Shown here in pieces: positions 23,670-34,533 of a stretch of 64,000 nt of DNA. Both the position numbers and the translations under genes were made by a program. The first letter of the stretch is position 1. Each line of letters begins with the position of its first letter. Origin of the DNA: an uncultured Methanolobus sp. (GTDB lineage: Archaea; Halobacteriota; Methanosarcinia; Methanosarcinales; Methanosarcinaceae); assembly GCA_963675495.1 (NCBI GenBank), contig OY776215.1, positions 96,001-160,000 on the forward strand, read 5' to 3'. The notes under the pieces are model-generated. The model saw only the letters and a list, made by a program, of their open reading frames with translations, searched no databases and had not been told where the DNA came from.

Positions 23670-24299
23670 ATGGACTTTAATGAATGGGAGCCCATTTACG
23701 AGTCCATATTAAAAGACATGGGCTTTAACAGGGAAGATGATGAGCAGGCCGCTCTCATCCTTTCTTGTATGCTCAAAGCCTCAAATACCATTGGTGTTCT
23801 TAAGCTTCATCAATTGATCGAAGGAAAAGATGTACTTGTATGTGGCAATGCTCCAGTTCTTCATGATGAACTGGAACTTATTAACGCAGGTGATTTTATC
23901 ATAATAGCTGCAGATGGAGCAGCTGCTGTGCTTGTTGACCATGATATCATTCCTGAAATTATAGTGACTGATCTTGATGGCGATGTTGAAAAGGAAATGA
24001 TTGCCAACCAAAGAGGGTCTTTGATGGTCGTGCATGCACATGGTGACAACATCGATAAGTTAAAGATGTATGTTCCTCTGCTGACAAAGATGGTTGGAAG
24101 TACACAGGCAAAACCTTTGGATAATGTGTATAATTTCGGAGGTTTTAGCGACGGTGACAGGTGCGTTTATCTTGCAAAAGAATTTGGTGCTGCCAGTATA
24201 ACTATCATAGGTTTTGATTTTGATGATGAAAATGTCGATCCTATCAAGAAAAAGAAACTTAAATGGGCTCGCTTGCTTATTGATAATATAATTCCTTAA
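23670..24299 (+). CDS. mptE: 6-hydroxymethyl-7,8-dihydropterin pyrophosphokinase MptE
   Basis: AADGA, VTDLDG, HAHGDN, NFGGFSDGDR, GFDF. Confidence 0.9.
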   Translation: MDFNEWEPIYESILKDMGFNREDDEQAALILSCMLKASNTIGVLKLHQLIEGKDVLVCGNAPVLHDELELINAGDFIIIAADGAAAVLVDHDIIPEIIVTDLDGDVEKEMIANQRGSLMVVHAHGDNIDKLKMYVPLLTKMVGSTQAKPLDNVYNFGGFSDGDRCVYLAKEFGAASITIIGFDFDDENVDPIKKKKLKWARLLIDNIIP

Positions 24300-24399
24300 A
24301 ATCATTGGATGTTTTATTTATCTTTTTTTCAAGTTCTTTACAGATACTGATTTATCAGAATCTATTTATATTTTCGTTATAAATATCTACAGGAGTTTC

Positions 24400-25503
24400 A
24401 TGCAAACACTGGTAATCTGCATAGACAGGGATAATGACCTTGGGGACAAAGCAAATGTTCAGGTGCCTCTGATAGGCAAAGAGGCGAATATAGAGGCAGC
24501 AGTCAAGCTTGCAACAGCAGACCCTGAAGATTCTGATACTAATACTATCTTCGGAGGTGTCAAGATACTTGACGAGTTGCTTGAAAGGGGAATAAATGCG
24601 GAAATAATTACTTTTGCAGGCGACAGGAACATTGGTATAATCTCTGACCAGAAGATAGCCAACCAGCTTGACATGATCCTGAAGAAATTTCCGGCAGAAT
24701 CTGCGATATTCGTATCCGATGGTGCTGAGGATGAAACGCTGTTACCCATTGTCCAGTCAAGGATCAAGATCGATTCTGTAAGAAGAATCGTGGTTATGCA
24801 GAGTGCCAATCTGGAAAGTACCTACTACATAATCAAACATGCTTTTAATGACCCAAAAATATCCCAGACATTCTTTGTTCCGCTGGGACTTGCGTCTCTA
24901 ATCTATGCTTTCTTCCTGCTGATAAACTATTCTCAGGGTGCTATCATAGGTATTCTGGCGGCTGTGGGTCTCTATATGCTTTATCGTGGATTCAGCGACA
25001 CGGTTACTTTCTACTGGGAACAGTTAAAAGACTCTTTCCATTCAGGAAGGATGACATTTTTCACTTATTCAACGGCGGTTTTCTTAATATTAGTGGCTAC
25101 TTTGTTAGGTCTTATGGATGTGTGGTCATTTTACACAGCAGAAGGCATATGGTACTATGGAGTTATTCCGCTGTTCACGGCTTTTATTAATAAGACTATC
25201 TGGATCTACGTTCTGGCAATCCTTTTTGCAGATGCGGGAAAGATCATAGATTGTAAGAAACGCGGTGATTCTTTTAAACGGTACCTGATACCTGCTTTCT
25301 TTGTGGTGTCCATAGGTTTCCTTTTCTGGGGATCCACCAGTTATATTATGTCAATGAGCCCGGTGCTTGGAAACGGCATAAGTGATCCGCGTGCAGGACT
25401 GGAATTATTCGTATATTCAATCGTATTTGCTATCATCCTTGCACTGACGGGAATCAAAGTATCAAATAGTCCGCAGGCGACCGGGAAAAAGTCTAAAAGG
25501 TAA
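24400..25503 (+). CDS. DUF373 family membrane protein
   Basis: CIDRDNDLG, DPEDSD, VSDGAEDE; multiple TM segments. Confidence 0.88.
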   Translation: MQTLVICIDRDNDLGDKANVQVPLIGKEANIEAAVKLATADPEDSDTNTIFGGVKILDELLERGINAEIITFAGDRNIGIISDQKIANQLDMILKKFPAESAIFVSDGAEDETLLPIVQSRIKIDSVRRIVVMQSANLESTYYIIKHAFNDPKISQTFFVPLGLASLIYAFFLLINYSQGAIIGILAAVGLYMLYRGFSDTVTFYWEQLKDSFHSGRMTFFTYSTAVFLILVATLLGLMDVWSFYTAEGIWYYGVIPLFTAFINKTIWIYVLAILFADAGKIIDCKKRGDSFKRYLIPAFFVVSIGFLFWGSTSYIMSMSPVLGNGISDPRAGLELFVYSIVFAIILALTGIKVSNSPQATGKKSKR

Positions 25504-25507
25504 AACT

Positions 25508-26302
25508 ATGCAGGAAAAAGACAATATGCATCATGATCTGGATCTGCATGCTGCTCTAATAGGCGGGGTTGCTTTCACTTCAGAGGGGTCATATCAGGAA
25601 TTGCCTGTGAGTACTCCTTATGGTGATGTCCTCGTCTATATTTTGGAAATTGGGGGTAGGAATGTTGCATTGGTACCCAGACATGCAGATGGTGACCGGC
25701 ATGTTCCTCCTCACATGCTTAACAATCGGGCAAATATTCATGCCATACATGAATTGGGTTTGAAGAGGGTAATTGCCACAAATTCTGTAGGTACTATGAA
25801 AAATCATCCTGTTGGAAGTTTCTTTTTGCCCAACGATTTTATAGATTTTACTAAGAACCGGCCTTCAACATTCTTTAATGAAAAGACGATACATGTAGAC
25901 GTAAGTGAACCTTATTGTCCTCAGATGCGCCAGCTAATGGGTGATTCCCTTACTAAACGAAATATTGGTTTTTCAGAAGGTGTTTATGCCTGCACCGAAG
26001 GCCCAAGATTTGAAACAAAAGCGGAAATACGTATGATGCGACAATTCGGGGATGTCGTGGGTATGACCGGTCTGCCTGAGCTTGTGCTGGCAAAAGAGCT
26101 GAACATGTGTTATGCATCCATCTGTACCGTAACCAATGATGCATGCGGGCTGGGAAAGGGCAAGATGACCGTCAGTGAAGTGCTTGAGACTCTCGACGGC
26201 AGAAAAGACAGATTAAGGGACGTATTATCAGATGTTATACGCTCGTTTCCAAAAAAGGATGCCTGTAATTGTTCTCTGGCAACCTCGGATGCGGAGCTTT
26301 AA
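25508..26302 (+). CDS. MTAP-family purine nucleoside phosphorylase
   Basis: TPYG, PRH, PPH, EGPRFETKAE, VVGMT, VTN. Confidence 0.9.
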   Translation: MQEKDNMHHDLDLHAALIGGVAFTSEGSYQELPVSTPYGDVLVYILEIGGRNVALVPRHADGDRHVPPHMLNNRANIHAIHELGLKRVIATNSVGTMKNHPVGSFFLPNDFIDFTKNRPSTFFNEKTIHVDVSEPYCPQMRQLMGDSLTKRNIGFSEGVYACTEGPRFETKAEIRMMRQFGDVVGMTGLPELVLAKELNMCYASICTVTNDACGLGKGKMTVSEVLETLDGRKDRLRDVLSDVIRSFPKKDACNCSLATSDAEL

Positions 26303-26321
26303 AAATTAGGATTCAGGTGTA

Positions 26322-27155
26322 TCATGCAATATCCCTGGATGTATCGATCTGTATACCCTCGCTAATCTTGAATTTTATGATCTCGGCGCTGGGGATCATT
26401 CCTCTTATCTTTGGAATTGCAAGTTTGCATGCTACTTTATCAGCTCCTTTTTCGAGCATCGACTCAAAGATAACATCGCATACATTGAAAGTAAAGCCCT
26501 CAATATCCTGTGCGTTAGTGTTGTTCAACCCATACAGGTATGTCAGGCATCCAAGATCCTTTGTTGTTTCATAGAGCACATTAACAAGTTGCTTAATGTG
26601 TCCTTTGTTAACAGTAAGCTCCATGAAGAATGAGAATGAATCGAAGATTATGTTCACTTCTTCACCACTTGAATCATTTGCAATGTTGCGCAGGTTGAAC
26701 TCTGTGAAATCTATTATTTTTGCATCTATGAATTCGTTACCTACGTTATCGGATTTATCCCCACATACAGTACAATAGTACTCACTGTATATGTCCACAA
26801 AGATGATGTTTGTTGGATCAAATCCAAGTTTTATCACATCATTGAGCACAAACCTTGGTTTCCTGCTTGTTGTGAAATAATAGGTTTTGCGTGATTGTGT
26901 GAATTGATAAAGAAAGACCTCAGACATTGAACGTGGGTCAGCTGAAAAGTATGTAAGCGATCCAGCTGGCAAACCTCCTCCCAGTATCCTGTCAAGAGCT
27001 AAAATTCCAGTTGAAATCATATGGAATATATCTTCTACTACCTGATCAGGTTCCTGTTTTTTAAGGCTTTGATAAAGGGAAGGTTCTGTCTCATCTCTGG
27101 ATTCGGCTTCAAGGCTAATGGTTCCAGTTTCCATCATGTTTTTAGAATCCAGCAT
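26322..27155 (-). CDS. RAD55/KaiC-like RecA-superfamily protein (degenerate Walker A)
   Basis: STGILALDRILGGGLP, IIFDS, IPKIRG; P-loop replaced by ADPRSMSE. Confidence 0.82.
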   Translation of the reverse strand: MLDSKNMMETGTISLEAESRDETEPSLYQSLKKQEPDQVVEDIFHMISTGILALDRILGGGLPAGSLTYFSADPRSMSEVFLYQFTQSRKTYYFTTSRKPRFVLNDVIKLGFDPTNIIFVDIYSEYYCTVCGDKSDNVGNEFIDAKIIDFTEFNLRNIANDSSGEEVNIIFDSFSFFMELTVNKGHIKQLVNVLYETTKDLGCLTYLYGLNNTNAQDIEGFTFNVCDVIFESMLEKGADKVACKLAIPKIRGMIPSAEIIKFKISEGIQIDTSRDIA

Positions 27156-27264
27156 TTTTCATCCTCAATTATACTAAGTTATTATATATTGTTTAATGTT
27201 ATAAAATACTTCTTTCAGGTAAATACAATAGTATTTATAGACTATCAGTTATCAAAGAGCATCA

Positions 27265-29742
27265 ATGACTCTCTGGATACTTGCAAGCACCGAAAGGTCC
27301 AAAATTATTATCCTGCCGATACGGGATAAAAAGAAAAAGCCTCTTTTTGTCGGTGAACTTGTCCTGAGACAGACTGACGCAGGTCCGCGTCCGCATAAAT
27401 TCAAGGTCAAAACCGATGGGAAAGGAGAGTACAGACCACCATCGGAATTTGTTGACCTTATAAGAATAGCTGATCGTATAATGATAGCAAGGGGCGGTGA
27501 CGATGAACAGGCTGCCAGGTTTGTCGAAATGCTTCAGGGTTTCCAGCTCAGTGCAGATCTTGTAAATGCATGCAGATTCTGTTTGCTGAAGAACAAGTTC
27601 AATTTCCTGAACAGACGCTCAATAAAATATCATCGGGGCAAAATATGTGAGGAATGTGCACGGGAGGAACTCTTCCGTACGCTCAAAAGTTCCCACGTGA
27701 ATTATGGGGATGACGTGTGTCAGCGGTTTGAAGATATAATGCTCAAGACAAAGGACCTTGACAGAACCATGGCTATGATAAGCCCTGATGAGCTGGACCG
27801 TGAGCTTACAAAATTTGATTCCATTGCTGCCAATACTTCCGTATCAAAGGAAATGATAAAGAACCTGCCTCTTCACAAGAGCTTTAAAAAGTTGCTTCTT
27901 GCAAAATCTGAAACTCTTCTGCCGGTACAAGCTCTTTCAGTGGAAAATGGTCTTCTTAAAGGACAGAACCAGCTTGTTACGTCTGTTACAGCTACAGGTA
28001 AGACTTTGATAGCTGAGTTGGCAGGCGTTGAGAATATTCTAAGAAAGAAGGGCAGAATGCTCTATCTTGTACCGTTGGTAGCACTTGCTAACCAGAAATA
28101 TGACCAGTTCACAAAACGATATTCGCCCATTGGTATCAAAACATCTATCAGGGTGGGTAGTGCACGTATCAAAACCTCAAAGAATGCTTCAATGACGCGA
28201 ACCCTGGATTCGGATATAATAATAGGGACTTATGAAGGGCTTGACTATATCCTCAGGACAGGTGGTGCTGACCTGCTGGGACATGTTGGAACAGTTGTAA
28301 TAGATGAGGTTCACACAATTGAGGATTCTGAAAGAGGTCACCGACTGGATGGTGCTATTGCGAGGTTGAAGTATATTGCACCAGATGCGCAATTCATCTA
28401 TTTATCGGCAACCATAGCCAAGCCGCAGTTGCGTGCGAAACAGCTTGGTGCGAAGCTCATTGAATATGAGTATCGTCCCGTACCTATTGAAAGACATCTG
28501 ATACTTTGTCCTGAACATTCCAAGACAAAGATAATGGCAAAACTTGTAAGAGAAGAATTTTCTGTAATGTCTTCAAAAGGGCATAAAGGGCAGACTATAA
28601 TATTCACTAACTCAAGACGAAATTGCCACCGCATCTCTGAAGCGCTGCCGATATCTGCTGCTCCGTATCATGCTGGTCTTACAAGTCAGGAACGCAAAAA
28701 AATAGAGATCGCGTTTGTCAAAGGCAAACTTCCTGTTGTTGTAACAACAGCAGCCCTTGCAGCCGGGGTGGATTTCCCGGCATCACAGGTTATATTTGAA
28801 TCTCTGGCAATGGGTATTTCATGGCTCACAATGCAGGACTTCCTTCAAATGCTGGGGCGTGCAGGAAGACCTGATTACCACGACCGTGGTGAGGTTATAG
28901 TGCTTGCTGTTCCGAACAAAAAATATTCGGGAGATAAGGATGATACCGAGGATGCTGTTGCCCTGAAATTACTTAAAGGTGAGATGCTGCATACCAAGGT
29001 CCAGTATGGTGACGATGAACAACTGGAAGAAGTTCTCGCATCAGCTGCTGTGACTTCTTCACGGAAGGACCTTGAAAAGATCCATTCCAACATGCTGGCT
29101 GATTATAACGTAGGTATTTTGCTTAAAAAACTTGCAAGAAATAAGTTCCTGCATGCAAAAGGCGATCTTATTTCGCTTACAAGATTTGGAAAGATCGCAG
29201 CCGGGCATTTTCTTTCAGTTTCAACAGCATTTCTGATACGTGATTCCGTTCTTGTTGAGCAGGATCCACTGGTTACTGTTTCCAATCTGGAGTTCTTTGA
29301 TTCGGTCTATTACAAGTATGCTCCTCGTATATCTGCTGCTCTAAATGTGAATCTTCCTTCCAGGGTGTTTCAGGGAGCTTCTCTGGATATTTTGTTTGAA
29401 GGAGAAAATATGGATAAACTGGATATCACGCTGCGTGACCAGTTGTTCGAGTTTGCTGCTGATTTTCTGACATGTAATTGTCGTGATTCTCCTTATTGTG
29501 GTTGTGCTGAGCGTAAGTTCTCAGAGAAGATAATTTCTATAAGGGCAGAAGGCTACGAGCCGGATGGGATTGTAAGGAAACTTGAAAATCTTTATGGCAT
29601 AACTGCTTACCCGGGTGATGTGCTTGGATATCTTGATAATGTGGTACGTAATCTCGAGGCTGTGGAAATGATCGCCGCAGCACATTCCAAAAGAGAGGTC
29701 TCTTTAAGGGCAAGGGGTCTTAGGAAACTCGTTGAGGGCTGA
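27265..29742 (+). CDS. Archaeal SF2 DEAD/DEAH helicase (DUF5814-type N-terminus)
   Basis: TATGKT, DEVH, LSAT, YHAGL, QMLGRAGRP; C-terminal Cys cluster. Confidence 0.9.
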   Translation: MTLWILASTERSKIIILPIRDKKKKPLFVGELVLRQTDAGPRPHKFKVKTDGKGEYRPPSEFVDLIRIADRIMIARGGDDEQAARFVEMLQGFQLSADLVNACRFCLLKNKFNFLNRRSIKYHRGKICEECAREELFRTLKSSHVNYGDDVCQRFEDIMLKTKDLDRTMAMISPDELDRELTKFDSIAANTSVSKEMIKNLPLHKSFKKLLLAKSETLLPVQALSVENGLLKGQNQLVTSVTATGKTLIAELAGVENILRKKGRMLYLVPLVALANQKYDQFTKRYSPIGIKTSIRVGSARIKTSKNASMTRTLDSDIIIGTYEGLDYILRTGGADLLGHVGTVVIDEVHTIEDSERGHRLDGAIARLKYIAPDAQFIYLSATIAKPQLRAKQLGAKLIEYEYRPVPIERHLILCPEHSKTKIMAKLVREEFSVMSSKGHKGQTIIFTNSRRNCHRISEALPISAAPYHAGLTSQERKKIEIAFVKGKLPVVVTTAALAAGVDFPASQVIFESLAMGISWLTMQDFLQMLGRAGRPDYHDRGEVIVLAVPNKKYSGDKDDTEDAVALKLLKGEMLHTKVQYGDDEQLEEVLASAAVTSSRKDLEKIHSNMLADYNVGILLKKLARNKFLHAKGDLISLTRFGKIAAGHFLSVSTAFLIRDSVLVEQDPLVTVSNLEFFDSVYYKYAPRISAALNVNLPSRVFQGASLDILFEGENMDKLDITLRDQLFEFAADFLTCNCRDSPYCGCAERKFSEKIISIRAEGYEPDGIVRKLENLYGITAYPGDVLGYLDNVVRNLEAVEMIAAAHSKREVSLRARGLRKLVEG

Positions 29743-29834
29743 TACAATAATTTGTTGAGTAAAGCAATTATTATTGGCATCAAAAATTATAATAGTTATG
29801 TCTGCAGATAGATGCCCATTAAGAGTGTGATTAG

Positions 29835-30239
29835 ATGGGCACAGAAGAACAAGAAGGTGACGTGATGACCGATAAACCGGAAGAGATTAAGAAAAAGAAG
29901 AATGTCAGGATAGAACTGCATAAACCGGATGATTTTAAGCAGGTCTATTCCATTGGCGCAGTGGGTGGACACAGTCCTTATGATTTCAGGATTGGGTTCT
30001 ACAATGATATGCCTATGGCTGTTAGCAAGAAAGGTGATGAGCAGGTTATTCAGAGAAGGCTTGAGACTGAAGTTATACTTTCTCCACTGGCAACTGTTGA
30101 ACTTGTGCGCTGGCTCAATCAGCATATACAAAACTATGAAGCCACATTTGGTCCAATTGCAAAACCCCAAATGGGTGTAAAAAAGACGAAGAAACCAGAT
30201 GCTGTGCAGGATAGTACTGAACTACAAGGTTATATGTGA
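29835..30239 (+). CDS. DUF3467-like protein
   Basis: VYSIGAVGG, DFRIGFY, EVILSP, YEATFGPI. Confidence 0.7.
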   Translation: MGTEEQEGDVMTDKPEEIKKKKNVRIELHKPDDFKQVYSIGAVGGHSPYDFRIGFYNDMPMAVSKKGDEQVIQRRLETEVILSPLATVELVRWLNQHIQNYEATFGPIAKPQMGVKKTKKPDAVQDSTELQGYM

Positions 30240-30363
30240 CCTTGCAGTAAGTATTTATGTGCAAATCGTCAAGAATAAATATGATATTGGCTATTTTAAT
30301 TAGCCTGAATATAGAATGGCATATAGATAATATTATTCTTTTAAATGAAAGCGAGGATTAATT

Positions 30364-30588
30364 TTGTTCCCTAGTAAGAAAGTCCAGAAATTAGTTGGAT
30401 CTAAAGTCCAGGTAGAGATGAAAGGTGACCTTCACCTGCTCGAAGGAACTTTAAAAAGTGCAGATGATTATATGAACCTGCATATGGTGGATACTGTAGA
30501 GATAGCAGACGGCGAGCGCCTGCGTTCCCTTGGTTCTGTCGTATTGCGTGGAAATAATATTATTCTTGTTGTTCCGATGGAAGAATAA
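30364..30588 (+). CDS. Sm-like (Lsm) RNA-binding protein
   Basis: GTLKSADDYMNL (Sm1), VVLRGNNI (Sm2); TTG start. Confidence 0.93.
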   Translation: MFPSKKVQKLVGSKVQVEMKGDLHLLEGTLKSADDYMNLHMVDTVEIADGERLRSLGSVVLRGNNIILVVPMEE

Positions 30589-30607
30589 ACACCCAGTGGA
30601 AACTAAC

Positions 30608-30958
30608 ATGAGTATCGAAGAAGATGCATTGAATATTATTCGAGACAGTAAAGAAGGCGTTTTCCAGAATGAACTCTGGAAAATGCTTAATATCGACAGC
30701 CGTAAATGTTCCCGAGTTGTATCGAAGCTTTTGGATGATGAAGTAATCACCCGGGAGCAAGCTGTTTCTAACGGAGCCAGGACTTACCTTCTTAAGGTTA
30801 AGGAAGAAGAGATTCCTTGTTTTGATCTCCTGTTATCTGGGGATATGTTTTCACCCTGTGCAGGTTGCAGGGATGCATGTCAGCCAGAGTCCTGTGAAAA
30901 GCTCACTGCGTGGGTTGCAAATCTCAATGACAGTGAGAAAGCAGAGGAAATGTGTTGA
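30608..30958 (+). CDS. TFE-beta / RNA polymerase III C34-like protein (wHTH plus Cys/FeS motif)
   Basis: GVFQNELWK-x5-SRKCSRVV wHTH; C-terminal PCAGC-x3-CQP-x2-C; next to Lsm. Confidence 0.72.
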   Translation: MSIEEDALNIIRDSKEGVFQNELWKMLNIDSRKCSRVVSKLLDDEVITREQAVSNGARTYLLKVKEEEIPCFDLLLSGDMFSPCAGCRDACQPESCEKLTAWVANLNDSEKAEEMC

Positions 30959-31025
30959 CACAAGCGAAAGGTTTAATAACGATGTCTGTTATGTTGGAGT
31001 CGCTTCACTAAAGCGAAATCAACGT

Positions 31026-31103
31026 GCTCCGGTAGTGTAGTCCGGCCAATCATTCCGGCCTTTCGAGCCGAAGACTCGGGTTCGAATCCCGGCCGGAGCA
31101 CCA
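31026..31103 (+). tRNA. tRNA-Glu (TTC), CCA encoded
   Basis: Acceptor GCTCCGG/CCGGAGC-A-CCA, anticodon loop CT-TTC-GA, T-loop TTCGAAT. Confidence 0.96.
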
Positions 31104-31337
31104 TACAATTTTTCAACTAATTCTTTGAAGTTAACATTCATGTTTTCTCACAAATTAATAACTGTTCAACTGTATAGATGTCGTTTTTGTAAAAATTAAT
31201 TAAAATTCAATTTATAGATGTTTTACTGTACGAAAATAATCATAGAGTTCGGCTTTCATCCTGATGAGATGTTCTTTTTGGGTAAGGTAAGTCGGATATA
31301 ATTTCTAATGATCTTTGTACTGTAAGCAGAGGTTTAC

Positions 31338-32771
31338 GTGTCATTTGATAATCTTAATTTAATACACCCGCTGAAGCGGGCTTTGTCCGAAAAAGGGTAC
31401 ACTACTCCTACTCCGATACAGAAACTATCCATTCCACATTTGTTAAATGGTAAAGATATGATCGGTATCGCTCAGACAGGTACAGGCAAGACTGCCGCGT
31501 TCTCATTACCAATCCTTCAAAATATGTCTGCATCATACAAGTCTCCACGTCCGGGAAAACCACGTGTTCTTGTACTTGCACCCACCAGAGAACTTGCAGC
31601 ACAGATCGGGGATAGTTTTGCAACATATGGTCAGTTCACACGATTCAAGCATACGGTCGTATTTGGCGGCGTTGGCCAGAGTCCTCAGGTCAGGGCCCTC
31701 TCAAAGGGCGTAGACATCCTTGTAGCGACTCCGGGCAGATTGCTTGACCTTATGGACCAGGGACATGTGAGACTCTCAGGTGTGGAGTATTTTGTCCTTG
31801 ATGAAGCCGACAGAATGCTTGACATGGGCTTTATTAACGATGTATACAAGGTCGTTGATCTGCTGCCAAACAAACGTCAATCACTTTTCTATTCAGCTAC
31901 TATGTCCCCTGATGTATCCGCGCTTGCCAGGAAATTGCTTACAAATCCTGTTACAGTAGAGGTAACACCACAGGCAACAACAGTGGAACTTATAGACCAG
32001 TATGTCTTTTTCGTGGATTCAGAGGATAAGAACGAATTACTTCTGCAACTCCTAAGAGGCAAACATCTGGAATGTATTCTTGTTTTCACACGCACAAAGC
32101 ACCGTGCAAACAAGGTTGCTCAGACACTTAACAAGAATAGGATCCCTGCTGATGCTATTCATGGTAACAAGTCCCAGACCCATCGCACAAAGGCACTCCA
32201 TGATTTCAGGTCAGGGAAACTTCGAGTGCTTGTTGCAACAGATATTGCAGCTCGTGGAATTGATATTCCGGATATATCCCATGTCATAAACTATGACCTG
32301 CCAAATCTCTCTGAAAGCTACGTACACCGTATCGGGCGTACTGCAAGGGCAGGCGCTGAGGGAACAGCATATTCTTTCTGTGCTGCAGATGAGCGTGATT
32401 TCCTCCGTGGGATCGAAAAGCTCACCAGAACAAAAATCGAGGTTGCTGAACACGAGTATCATTCAGAAAAAGCTAGAACCGCCACTGGTGATGCAGCAAA
32501 ACCAGCTCCAAGACAACAGCGGGGACAGAAAAACCCAAGAGGAAGTTCAAAATCCAGGGGTACAAGCAGAGGTAAAAAAGGTGAGAGTAAAGGCCATAAA
32601 AATAAGCCTGCACACTCAGGTGCCAAAAAAAGCCAGGGTAATAATGCAAACAAGAGCAGCAGTTCTGGCAATAAGAGCAGTAGTAAAACAGGTGTCAAAA
32701 AGGGTAGCAAAACAGGCACCAGAAACCACTCTGCTAACCGAGGCTCTGGTCAGTCCAGAAGTCGACAGTAA
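31338..32771 (+). CDS. DEAD-box RNA helicase, RhlE-like, basic low-complexity tail
   Basis: AQTGTGKT, PTRELA, DEAD, SAT, HRIGRTAR. Confidence 0.95.
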   Translation: MSFDNLNLIHPLKRALSEKGYTTPTPIQKLSIPHLLNGKDMIGIAQTGTGKTAAFSLPILQNMSASYKSPRPGKPRVLVLAPTRELAAQIGDSFATYGQFTRFKHTVVFGGVGQSPQVRALSKGVDILVATPGRLLDLMDQGHVRLSGVEYFVLDEADRMLDMGFINDVYKVVDLLPNKRQSLFYSATMSPDVSALARKLLTNPVTVEVTPQATTVELIDQYVFFVDSEDKNELLLQLLRGKHLECILVFTRTKHRANKVAQTLNKNRIPADAIHGNKSQTHRTKALHDFRSGKLRVLVATDIAARGIDIPDISHVINYDLPNLSESYVHRIGRTARAGAEGTAYSFCAADERDFLRGIEKLTRTKIEVAEHEYHSEKARTATGDAAKPAPRQQRGQKNPRGSSKSRGTSRGKKGESKGHKNKPAHSGAKKSQGNNANKSSSSGNKSSSKTGVKKGSKTGTRNHSANRGSGQSRSRQ

Positions 32772-32882
32772 TCGTATCACCTCCTATAATTTTATTTTTT
32801 TGATATTTGAAGGGTTTAACAAGCCTGAAGAATAGAATCACTTACAATAAGTTTATGTTTGGATGCGATGAAGATTACGAGT

Positions 32883-33230
32883 TTATCCTAAAGTATTTTT
32901 CTTTATTACCATTATCTGTGCCCAGACCCATTTTTTACATTTGGGGCATTTGAGATACTTTTTAGTTATGTTATTAGGACCCAGAAAGTTATCGGTGACT
33001 GCTATCTCGAATATCTCGTTGCAGTTGGGACATTGATATGCAAAGTTCTTTGTATGCCAAATCACGATTAAATAAGTGCTGCCAACTATCATCACCGTCC
33101 AGATATACCAATGTTTTGGTAGCAGAGACACAGAGGCGAGAGTTATTAACAGTATGAATAGCAGGATAAGCCAGATACCTCTGTACCAATCGGATTTTTC
33201 AATATCCCTGTAGCGGTCTGCTCCCATCAT
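32883..33230 (-). CDS. Small membrane protein with zinc ribbon
   Basis: Two TM segments followed by CPNC and CPKC. Confidence 0.7.
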   Translation of the reverse strand: MMGADRYRDIEKSDWYRGIWLILLFILLITLASVSLLPKHWYIWTVMIVGSTYLIVIWHTKNFAYQCPNCNEIFEIAVTDNFLGPNNITKKYLKCPKCKKWVWAQIMVIKKNTLG

Positions 33231-33391
33231 AAGAGCACCTCCCTAAATACATTATTATGAACTGAGTTGTTCATAAATACATCGGGGGTATTCCCCATGC
33301 ATGAACCGAAAGCAATAAAAACTCCAACTAAAGTTACATTCGTTTAACATAATGTATCATTAATTCCTTTAAAAACGAAAGTGATCTCAAA

Positions 33392-33748
33392 ATGAAGTAT
33401 CTCATCCAATTCGCTATAATTTTTGCTATATGCTTTATGGGTGACTTGCTCCAGAGTTACTTTAATCTGCACATTCCAGGAAATGTTCTGGGAATGATGC
33501 TGTTATTATTATTTCTTCTGACAGGTATCATTAAACTGTCCATGATAGAGGATGTAAGCAACTTCCTGCTGAAGCATCTCTCGTTTTTCTTTATTCCAGC
33601 AGCAGTGGGTTTGATTACCTGCTTCTCGATACTTGAAGGAAAATGGACTGCTCTGATGTTCATATCAGTAGTTTCGACCTTTATTATTGCAGTTGTGACC
33701 GGTGCAACAGTACAGATTCTTATGAAAAGGAGGCAGTCCGTTGAGTGA
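33392..33748 (+). CDS. lrgA: CidA/LrgA family protein
   Basis: IPGNVLGM, LSFFFIPAAVG; overlaps the lrgB start. Confidence 0.92.
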   Translation: MKYLIQFAIIFAICFMGDLLQSYFNLHIPGNVLGMMLLLLFLLTGIIKLSMIEDVSNFLLKHLSFFFIPAAVGLITCFSILEGKWTALMFISVVSTFIIAVVTGATVQILMKRRQSVE

Positions 33749-34445
33749 GCTTATTTCTCTGTTCGTGGAGTCTCCTGTTTTTGGAATAGGGATATCTCTG
33801 TTGACGTTCTATGCTGGCGGGTTGCTATACAAAAAAACGGGCTCACCTCTTATGAATCCGCTTGTGATCAGTATGGTGATGATAATCATTTTTCTTCTGG
33901 GCTTCCATATCAGTTTTGAAGATTACAACCGGGGCGGGCAGTTCATATCATTCTTCCTGGGTCCGGCTACCGTTATTCTTGCCGTTCCCCTGTACAAGAA
34001 AATAAGCTTGTTGAAAGAGAATGTCGTTCCCATTCTTGCTGGTATCAGCATCGGATCTGCCGCAGGCATTGCGAGTATTATTGTCATGTGCAAGATGTTT
34101 GGTCTCAATGAGCTGGTGAGCATCTCCATGATTCCCAAATCAGTCACCACTCCAATTGGAATTGAGATATCCAGCCAGCTTGGAGGTTTGCCATCCATAA
34201 CCGTTGCAGCCATAGTCTTTACGGGCATAGCTGGTGTTCTTCTAGGTCCTATGGTCTGTAAGTTGTTCAGGATAGATAACAAGGTGGCAGTAGGGGTTGC
34301 CATAGGGACATCATCTCACGCACTTGGCACGACCAAAGCCGTTGAACTGGGAGAGATCGAGGGAGCTATGAGCGGTCTGGCAATAGGTATTGCCGGTTTG
34401 ATAACCGTGTTCCTTGCTCCGATACTGGCTAAACTGTTGATGTGA
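33741..34445 (+). CDS. lrgB: LrgB family protein
   Basis: LGPATVILAVPLY, PKSVTTPI, GTSSHALGT. Confidence 0.93.
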   Translation: MSELISLFVESPVFGIGISLLTFYAGGLLYKKTGSPLMNPLVISMVMIIIFLLGFHISFEDYNRGGQFISFFLGPATVILAVPLYKKISLLKENVVPILAGISIGSAAGIASIIVMCKMFGLNELVSISMIPKSVTTPIGIEISSQLGGLPSITVAAIVFTGIAGVLLGPMVCKLFRIDNKVAVGVAIGTSSHALGTTKAVELGEIEGAMSGLAIGIAGLITVFLAPILAKLLM

Positions 34446-34533
34446 GCAGTTTTTGTTTGACTCCTGCTTTTCTGAAGATAGGATGGAAATGGTTATCTCT
34501 ATAAACTAAACTATATCTTAATGGGGAATTTTC

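Noticed and set aside
26322-27155. Degenerate Walker A in the KaiC-like protein as a novelty
   Set aside because: Inactive RAD55/KaiC-like paralogs are common in Methanosarcinales
32293-32835. Alternative-frame and antisense ORFs (also 1226-1726, 39292-39864, 45099-45611, 48711-48896)
   Set aside because: They are shadows of well-supported genes or of the MITE and carry no recognisable motifs
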